NCBI RefSeq assembly: GCF_000186885.1
Contig: NC_014972.1
Span: forward strand, 390,001 to 422,000
Source: Desulfobulbus propionicus DSM 2032
GTDB taxonomy: Bacteria > Desulfobacterota > Desulfobulbia > Desulfobulbales > Desulfobulbaceae
Direction: 5' to 3'
Length of the DNA stretch: 32,000 bases
Part shown: positions 27,017 to 32,000 of the stretch, in pieces
How positions within the stretch are numbered: the first letter of the stretch is position 1
How the letters are laid out: the number at the start of each line of letters is the position of its first letter
Position numbers and translations under genes: made by a program
The notes under the pieces: model-generated
What the model was told of the DNA's origin: nothing
Database searches by the model: none
Seen by the model: only the letters and a program-made list of their open reading frames with translations

Positions 27017-28546
27017 TCAGCCAACACGCGCCAAATAAAAATCATTGCGGCGATCAGGCAATTTCTCGCCATGGGAGAGCTTTTCGAGGCATGACTTGCA
27101 TTGACAATGCGGGCTGCCGGCAATGTAAGAAACAGCCTGGTCATGATCGACAAATTCCGCACAATGAATGCAGACGAAAAAAGAAGTGTCGCCGGGGGGT
27201 GAAGGTGGAGGAATGGCCGCACCTATGACACCTTGTTCGGCGTCGTTCATCGTTGGGCCATGGATCTCGCTGAACCCGTAAGGCCACACCTCGTTAACCT
27301 TTTGTTCCATGCGCACCTGTAAATCAGACTTGCCGGTTTTGGGATCGACCTTTTGAGCCTTGGTACTGAGAATGGAAGAAATTGCTTCCTGGCACCAAAT
27401 GGAAATCACGTCATGATCATTGCCGGTATAACCATTGATGGCAGCGAGGTTGAGCGCGACACCGGCGAGCATATCCTCAAGCTGTCGCTTGTTCTTGGTG
27501 GGAAGACACTTGCGGCGTGATGCCATCTCTTCGCCGCTCCACTGGAGGGATTGAAGGCGTTCCCACCAGGGATTAATCTTTGCCCGGTCCTGGTGACGGT
27601 TGTTGCGGTCGAAAGGTTCAAGACAAAGCCGAGCCCAATCAGTGACGCAATAAGACCAAAGGGAAGAGGCTTTTTTGTGCAAATCCTGCAACGTCTTGAT
27701 ACGGAACTGTTTCAAGACGGTTTTGCGAAGTTGAAATTCGACCCGAGTTACCTGCAAATCTTCATCGTCATCTTGCTCACGTGACCAAACTGAGGCAAAA
27801 AGGGATTTCTTGCCATCGTTCTTGGCGATCTCCAGAACCTTGTCATAAACGCGAAGCATGATATCGCCCTGGCCAACGGAAATACCGGTTTCGGTGACGC
27901 GACCAGTATAGGTGGAGAGGTCCCCCAGGTCGCCCTCTGATTGATTCCAGGTAATACCGGAAAATTTCTGTTGCGAATGGTCATAGTAGGAGAAGAACTT
28001 GTTCGCCCGGGTGATCCAATAATCATACCGTTCAAGGCCGAGTTCGCGGATATCCTGCCCAATAGAATCGGCGCACAAGTGAACCTCAGAAACGGAATTC
28101 TTGTGAACCGTGCCCTGGTACAGATGGATCAGCTTGCAAATCTGGTTGATAACGGTGGTATATCCGGGAGCCCAACAGGACATGGAGCCAATATCAACCC
28201 ACACGTTCGGGGTATCCATGTAATCCCGACGAGTGGAGATGAACACATTGACGTCAGCGCGTGAGATGTGAAAGGCATACCCACCGTTTTTACCGGTGGC
28301 GTGGCAGTTGTAATACTGGTCAAAATCATCACCGAGCTTGATTGGCACCACTTGCCGAATCTCTTGCGCCTTTGCTTTTCCCTGACCCAAGATTTCAAAC
28401 AACCTTTCATCTTTGAACTCGACATAGAAACCGACCTTCAACCGATCAAGCCCCGTGGAGATTTCGACCCCCCTTGTTAATCGGTCTTGGGGAAAAGAAG
28501 GCGAAATTACCGGTGCCTGAGCCTGAGAAAGGAAACCATCGTACAT
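27017..28546 (-). CDS. rolling-circle-type replication initiation protein (Rep_trans-like) with a C-terminal Cys cluster
   Basis: ORF 27017..28714 trimmed to ATG 28546 (AGGAG 8 nt upstream). The ordered motifs SEVHLCADS, MLRVYDKVLEI and VTRVEFQLRK resemble the R/D-x-D, YDK and RxE-x-x-R blocks of replication initiation factor (PF02486-like) proteins. The C-terminus has CIHC…CQCKSC. Confidence 0.6.
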   Translation of the reverse strand: MYDGFLSQAQAPVISPSFPQDRLTRGVEISTGLDRLKVGFYVEFKDERLFEILGQGKAKAQEIRQVVPIKLGDDFDQYYNCHATGKNGGYAFHISRADVNVFISTRRDYMDTPNVWVDIGSMSCWAPGYTTVINQICKLIHLYQGTVHKNSVSEVHLCADSIGQDIRELGLERYDYWITRANKFFSYYDHSQQKFSGITWNQSEGDLGDLSTYTGRVTETGISVGQGDIMLRVYDKVLEIAKNDGKKSLFASVWSREQDDDEDLQVTRVEFQLRKTVLKQFRIKTLQDLHKKASSLWSYCVTDWARLCLEPFDRNNRHQDRAKINPWWERLQSLQWSGEEMASRRKCLPTKNKRQLEDMLAGVALNLAAINGYTGNDHDVISIWCQEAISSILSTKAQKVDPKTGKSDLQVRMEQKVNEVWPYGFSEIHGPTMNDAEQGVIGAAIPPPSPPGDTSFFVCIHCAEFVDHDQAVSYIAGSPHCQCKSCLEKLSHGEKLPDRRNDFYLARVG

Positions 28547-28664
28547 CGCATGAACTCCTGAAAAAAATGAATCCTGATCGTTACGCACTAACGCGCTATC
28601 GCTTGTTGCCTCCTCAAGGTCCCTGCAATCGCCTGGAAACCGCCCCAGGCGATCACAGCGAACC

Positions 28665-28958
28665 TTAAGGAGGGGGGAGATGGACGGGTTTGGGTAGGTC
28701 GTTTTTAATTTCATTTTTTCTTTTACTGCCGTAGCGCTGGAAAGCGCCTTGTCGGCTGAGCCCTAGAGCTAGGCCAATATGTTCCCAGGACCTGCCGAAG
28801 GAACGTTGCCCATCAATGGCAACCTGTACGGCTTGGTCAAACTCGGAACGAAGTTGAATCAGCATTGCAAGTTCGTGCTCATCGGCGGCGGCAACACGGC
28901 GGCCGGCTGCTCGAATCATCCGGGACAGCATCTTTAAGTAATCTGCGGTCTCAACCAT
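28665..28958 (-). CDS. small helix-turn-helix DNA-binding protein (97 aa)
   Basis: ORF 28665..29135 trimmed to ATG 28958 (GAGG 6 nt upstream). …GRSWEHIGLALGLSRQGAFQRYG… is a classic HTH. Confidence 0.6.
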   Translation of the reverse strand: MVETADYLKMLSRMIRAAGRRVAAADEHELAMLIQLRSEFDQAVQVAIDGQRSFGRSWEHIGLALGLSRQGAFQRYGSKRKNEIKNDLPKPVHLPPP

Positions 28959-29023
28959 GAAACGCCTCTTTTGCCGTGAAATGGTGTAAACGATTGGTTG
29001 ACGCTTTTCGGCCGAAGCAAGAT

Positions 29024-29236
29024 TCAAGAGCAATGAGGCCGCCCTGGAGCTGAGGATCCGGACGAAGATGGGCCGAGCTTGGTGGCCTTGCAGATCAGCC
29101 GGGAAGTGCGGATCCGAGATTCGCAGAACAGGCAAAGGCCGAAGTGAGGAAGAGAAGGGTCACAAACGGTTTTACGGCCGCAATCGGCGCAAAGGCAAAC
29201 GACCTGATTTGTCCTGTCGTTATGTGATTGGCTCAT
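29024..29236 (-). CDS. small zinc-ribbon-like protein (70 aa)
   Basis: ATG 29236 with GAGG 8 nt upstream. CLCADCGRKTVC…GLCLFCESRIR gives CxxC…CxxC spacing. Confidence 0.5.
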   Translation of the reverse strand: MSQSHNDRTNQVVCLCADCGRKTVCDPSLPHFGLCLFCESRIRTSRLICKATKLGPSSSGSSAPGRPHCS

Positions 29237-29249
29237 TTGTTTGGCCTCA

Positions 29250-29330
29250 TCAAAGGTTAGCTACGATGACGCCAGCAATAAGCATGGACGCCAAAAACAG
29301 TAAAAACAGGAAACAGGGTCGAGTGCTCAT
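29250..29330 (-). CDS. micro-ORF, 26-aa hydrophobic peptide (not in the supplied ORF track)
   Basis: Hand translation gives MSTRPCFLFLLFLASMLIAGVIVANL. Its ATG (29330-29328) overlaps the TGA of the upstream 88-aa gene (TGATG). Its stop lies 13 nt before the next ATG. Confidence 0.35.
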   Translation of the reverse strand: MSTRPCFLFLLFLASMLIAGVIVANL

Positions 29331-29596
29331 CAGCGTTCACTCCTAATTGCATTGATTGCTCGACCGCAGAGGCGGCCGAAATAAATCCAATTGTAGCTAA
29401 TGCCGTGTTGGTCACAGAGAGGCTTGATGGTATGCAGATCATCGAAGGCCGTGCAGGCGATCATTGTATAAGCATGTTTCTCAAGGCATGATAAGGCGTA
29501 GAGGCTCCACCAAAGCCGATACAAAGCGGTGAAAAAGCAGGCCGCCAGGAAGACGATTGATAACCAAGCGAGGTAGAAGAGAATGGCGGCAATCAT
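29330..29596 (-). CDS. small membrane protein (88 aa, two predicted TM helices, Cys-containing tail)
   Basis: MIAAILFYLAWLSIVFLAACFFTALYRLWWSLYALSCL…. The ATG overlaps the stop of the upstream 39-aa ORF (ATGA). Confidence 0.55.
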   Translation of the reverse strand: MIAAILFYLAWLSIVFLAACFFTALYRLWWSLYALSCLEKHAYTMIACTAFDDLHTIKPLCDQHGISYNWIYFGRLCGRAINAIRSER

Positions 29597-29712
29597 TTTG
29601 AAAAGTACCGTTGAAGTTTGCGGAACAAAGGGCTCAACCTTGGAATGAGGACAAAGACGACAAAAGGAATCAGGAAAAAAGGAATGAGATAAGCGAAAGA
29701 TTTGAAAGTCAT
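29593..29712 (-). CDS. micro-ORF, 39-aa hydrophobic peptide with a basic C-terminus (not in the supplied ORF track)
   Basis: Hand translation gives MTFKSFAYLIPFFLIPFVVFVLIPRLSPLFRKLQRYFSK. Strong RBS: GGAGG 8 nt upstream of ATG 29712. A single TM helix followed by an R/K-rich tail, as in filamentous-phage coat proteins. Confidence 0.45.
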   Translation of the reverse strand: MTFKSFAYLIPFFLIPFVVFVLIPRLSPLFRKLQRYFSK

Positions 29713-29729
29713 GTTTCTTGCCTCCAGTT

Positions 29730-30059
29730 TTAGGAAGTTATCTTAAGGAATCGAAGGATGGGGCCAGACATAAATTTGAGCAGATACAAAGAGATATAAA
29801 ATTGAGTGCACTGGAAAAGAACATCGACCGGGAATAACCAGGTCAACCAACAAATAGCAGTATGCGGTGTAGGGAATTGGTTGACAAGATCGGCCCCGAG
29901 AGACAAAGACGGCATGATTGTCGCCATCATTTCGATGAGGTATGCGAGAAGGGCAAGGATAGCGTTGAGAATGAGGACAAAGGCATCAACGATTACATTG
30001 ATAAGCGTATCGAAGAACGCTTGGAACCAAGAAAGTATTATTTTAATCAAAGAATCCAT
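29730..30059 (-). CDS. polytopic membrane protein (109 aa), pVI-like in size and hydrophobicity
   Basis: MDSLIKIILSWFQAFFDTLINVIVDAFVLILNAILALLAYLIEMMATI…. Starts 11 nt after the stop of the 468-aa gene. M13 pVI is 112 aa and sits in the same position after gIII. Confidence 0.6.
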   Translation of the reverse strand: MDSLIKIILSWFQAFFDTLINVIVDAFVLILNAILALLAYLIEMMATIMPSLSLGADLVNQFPTPHTAICWLTWLFPVDVLFQCTQFYISLYLLKFMSGPILRFLKITS

Positions 30060-30070
30060 TGCATCAGCCC

Positions 30071-31477
30071 TTAGCTGAAAAGAACCATGACCGCTTTACC
30101 AGTGCCGATAATGCACAGTATGGCAAAGAAAAAATTCATTACCTTCACAACTGAATCAAACGGCGCCATATCAAGAACCATTGGATCAGTTATGAAACGG
30201 CTCGACAAATCAACAGTAATTTTTGGAGGATATTCACAACCGCTGCCTTCAACGTAGCCGAGGCAATCAAGAAGCAGGTTGGGGAGTTGATATAGGGCTG
30301 TTTCTTGGAATGCGACTGAGGCATTCAAGATTTGCTCATAATTAATGCATGAAGACAGGCCGTCGGACAGGTCACATGTAGGGGTATACCAAGAGGTTGG
30401 GACTGGATAGTTAGGTTCAGATTCGGGATCAGGTTCCGATTGATTTGCGGCGGATTGAGCAGCGGTAACTGCTGCCTGCAATGCAGCAATTTGGGCAGTA
30501 GCATTATCAGCGTTTGAATTGACAATCTCTTGAGCAACCGTAGCGGCAGCTTGTGCAACTGAAGTTGCATTATCCTTGAGAGCTTGCGCGACTTCGGCAG
30601 CGGTAAGGGTGGGCTCTGTCAGGGTGTCAACGGATGCGCCCGGAACCGCATCGGCAATTTTCTTTTTCGCGTCGGGCAAATCTTTAATGGCTTGCTGTAA
30701 ATCCGAAGCAACTTCAGGCGCCGGGCTTACAAGACCATCGGCCAAGCCGGGATAGCTGACGCCGGGTGATGGTTTGTATGTCGGTTCCTTTGTCTCAAGA
30801 CTCCCTTTCGCTATCCAAACTCTATAGGTGGTAGCTCCGTAGGAATTGACGGAAGTATCATTCAAATCGAGAAAAACAGCCTGAGAGGGAGTTGCATAGA
30901 TAAGCGTAGAATAAACAGATTTAGGGTATGTGGACCCGTTGTTGTTGAAATAAGTGAGAGTCGTGTAATTGGCAGCGTATGGAGCTTGTGTGATCTCAAA
31001 AAATGTACCGTCCGTAAGTTCGAGAACAACACCGACAAAAAAATCTGATGGATTCACGGAGACAGGCAAAGAGTTAGCTTCTATCAAGTTCTTGAGGCTA
31101 GTGTATGCACCGGATGCGGAGGTTCTAACCTGATCTACAATATCAGCAATTGACGCACCCACAGCGGCAGCCTTAGCCGCATAGTAATTTTGAGCCGTGG
31201 TAAGAGATTGAGGGGTGAAAAGGGCACCAACGGCCTGAGCAAGATAAGAGGGCTGGAACACAGCGTCGGCCGCCGTGGCGACGGCACCGGAAGCCGTCTT
31301 GACATATTGGGGTATTTGCCCGGTTTGGGCGTAATAGGTTCCGGCGGAAGTTGCCGCCATGGATGCACCAATGGCAGCGGCCGCTATGAGGGCAACGGGA
31401 ACGGCAGAGTGACTTTGCGGCGGTTGCGCAAAGGTGCAGCAGTAGAAAAAGACGGTGAGCAGGGCGATCCGTTTCAT
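30071..31477 (-). CDS. secreted protein (468 aa) with signal peptide, Ala/Thr/Gln-rich linker, Cys-containing C-terminal domain and C-terminal membrane anchor (pIII-like architecture)
   Basis: Signal peptide MKRIALLTVFFYCCTFAQPPQSHSA. Low-complexity region …ATSVAQAAATVAQEIVNSNADNATAQIAALQAAVTAAQSAANQSEPDPESEP…. C-terminal hydrophobic anchor …VVKVMNFFFAILCIIGTGKAVMVLFS. Confidence 0.75.
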   Translation of the reverse strand: MKRIALLTVFFYCCTFAQPPQSHSAVPVALIAAAAIGASMAATSAGTYYAQTGQIPQYVKTASGAVATAADAVFQPSYLAQAVGALFTPQSLTTAQNYYAAKAAAVGASIADIVDQVRTSASGAYTSLKNLIEANSLPVSVNPSDFFVGVVLELTDGTFFEITQAPYAANYTTLTYFNNNGSTYPKSVYSTLIYATPSQAVFLDLNDTSVNSYGATTYRVWIAKGSLETKEPTYKPSPGVSYPGLADGLVSPAPEVASDLQQAIKDLPDAKKKIADAVPGASVDTLTEPTLTAAEVAQALKDNATSVAQAAATVAQEIVNSNADNATAQIAALQAAVTAAQSAANQSEPDPESEPNYPVPTSWYTPTCDLSDGLSSCINYEQILNASVAFQETALYQLPNLLLDCLGYVEGSGCEYPPKITVDLSSRFITDPMVLDMAPFDSVVKVMNFFFAILCIIGTGKAVMVLFS

Positions 31478-31872
31478 CTTTTAGCCCCCTTGACCAGCTG
31501 CCCGCCGGTGAGATCGTCGCCGCACTGACAGCGGAAATGCTCGTCAAAGGGTTGGAAGTCCTGACCGATGCAGACGAAGCGGAACATATCGCCGCGCTCC
31601 GCACACGACCGCTCACAGATAGCGAGATATTCCCGGCAGGGCTTGGCCTGCTTGATCCGCATCGAGGGGCTGGTTGTGGTGGTGTAGGGAAACCCGCCGC
31701 CAAAGGTGCCGGTATTGCCCGGCGTGTCCTGAGCAGGGTTGGAGGCGGACGCCGAGCTGGATTGCGGGGTAGAAGGGGTCCGAGAGTAGGTGACGCCGCC
31801 GTTAGCGCTGTTGAGCCCAAAGCCGAAGATGTTCAGGAAAGCAAGACAAAGAAGAAAAAAGATATTAGGCAT
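31474..31872 (-). CDS. secreted Cys-rich protein (about 132 aa)
   Basis: The ORF track starts at GTG 31881. ATG 31872 is preferred (AGGTG 6 nt upstream). Signal peptide MPNIFFLLCLAFLNIFGFGLNSANG, then a Ser/Thr/Pro/Gly linker, then a six-Cys C-terminal domain. The stop overlaps the next ATG (ATGA). Confidence 0.65.
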   Translation of the reverse strand: MPNIFFLLCLAFLNIFGFGLNSANGGVTYSRTPSTPQSSSASASNPAQDTPGNTGTFGGGFPYTTTTSPSMRIKQAKPCREYLAICERSCAERGDMFRFVCIGQDFQPFDEHFRCQCGDDLTGGQLVKGAKR

Positions 31873-32000
31873 GGCAGGCACCTGGATTAATGATTTCTCG
31901 GTAATCGTGAATAAAGGAGGATTCGGTTATCGCCTGATGTTTTTCCCTCAGTTCCTGAACGGCGGTCCTGTAATATATTTGCGGATCAAGGCCGAGGGGT
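31865..32000 (-). CDS. 3' end of an upstream gene that runs off the window
   Basis: Hand translation of the minus frame from 31999 gives 44 open codons (…LGLDPQIYYRTAVQELREKHQAITESSFIHDYREIINPGACHA). It ends at TAA 31867-31865, overlapping the next start (ATGCCTAA). Function unknown. Confidence 0.35.
   Translation of the reverse strand, partial: PLGLDPQIYYRTAVQELREKHQAITESSFIHDYREIINPGACHA

Larger units (their letters stand above)
25573..32000 (-). mobile_element. integrated element at tRNA-Glu (inovirus-like prophage or other RCR-replicating integrative element); right end lies outside the window
   Basis: The integrase gene begins 28 nt after the tRNA-Glu 3' end. All ORFs are on the minus strand. 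The sequence is visibly more A+T rich than the preceding 25 kb (judged by eye, not computed). Contents: integrase, excisionase-like protein, replication initiator, and small membrane/secreted protein genes. Confidence 0.8.

Noticed and set aside
29257-29442. A 61-aa minus-strand ORF overlapping the 88-aa membrane protein gene and the 26-aa micro-ORF.
   Set aside because: It is in a different frame from the translationally coupled chain, has no RBS and is not hydrophobic like its neighbours. It is likely spurious.
31173-31820. A 215-aa minus-strand ORF and other alternative-frame ORFs inside the 468-aa and secreted Cys-rich genes (30325..30570, 31135..31371, 31190..31528, 31537..31890).
   Set aside because: They are Pro/Arg/Ser-rich junk translations embedded in frames that have clear signal peptides and coupled start/stop junctions.
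25600-32000. A search for a pI/Zot-like P-loop ATPase, a secretin, an ssDNA-binding protein or a second copy of the tRNA-Glu 3' end (attR) inside the element.
   Set aside because: - None of the listed ORFs shows a Walker A motif or a secretin-like sequence.
- I could not find a repeat of GGTTCAAATCCGGTTGGGGACGCCA by eye.
- The element continues beyond the window, so absence here is not conclusive.

Overview
This is a high-G+C chromosomal segment whose gene content looks Desulfobacterota-like; that is a guess from gene content and was not verified.

- **0.2-0.8 kb:** two small ORFs. One encodes a secreted Pro/Tyr/His-rich peptide.
- **0.9-13.6 kb:** a lactate-oxidation locus resembling the luo operon of Desulfovibrio vulgaris.
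  - On the minus strand: lutC, a lutB-lutA fusion, pta and ackA.
  - Divergently on the plus strand: a lactate permease, a GntR/FadR-family regulator, a GlcD-like FAD dehydrogenase and a GlpC-like Fe-S subunit.
  - All three transcription units carry a TTGACA -35 box plus a PdhR/LldR-type TGGT-N3-ACCA operator-like element and a shared TTTTTCAAGT motif.
- **13.8-22.1 kb, all minus strand:** a secreted FN3/PKD/triple-repeat surface protein, a nitroreductase, a LOG-family protein, class I fumarate hydratase, hemW, radC and gatB.
- **22.1-25.2 kb:** upstream in the same minus-strand gene string, two small proteins that together resemble the N- and C-terminal parts of RdgC. They flank a membrane-anchored acidic/TPR protein.
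- **25.4-25.6 kb:** tRNA-Lys(UUU) and tRNA-Glu(UUC).
- **25.6 kb to the window edge:** a visibly more A+T-rich element inserted next to tRNA-Glu, extending beyond the window.
  - It encodes a tyrosine integrase, an excisionase-like HTH protein, a rolling-circle-type replication initiator, an HTH protein and a zinc-ribbon protein.
  - It also carries a tightly coupled cassette of tiny membrane proteins and secreted proteins, reminiscent of a filamentous (inovirus-like) prophage.
  - No pI/Zot-type ATPase is visible in the window.

The two most unusual items are this element and the split RdgC-like/TPR trio. No CRISPR array, rRNA gene or transposase was seen.
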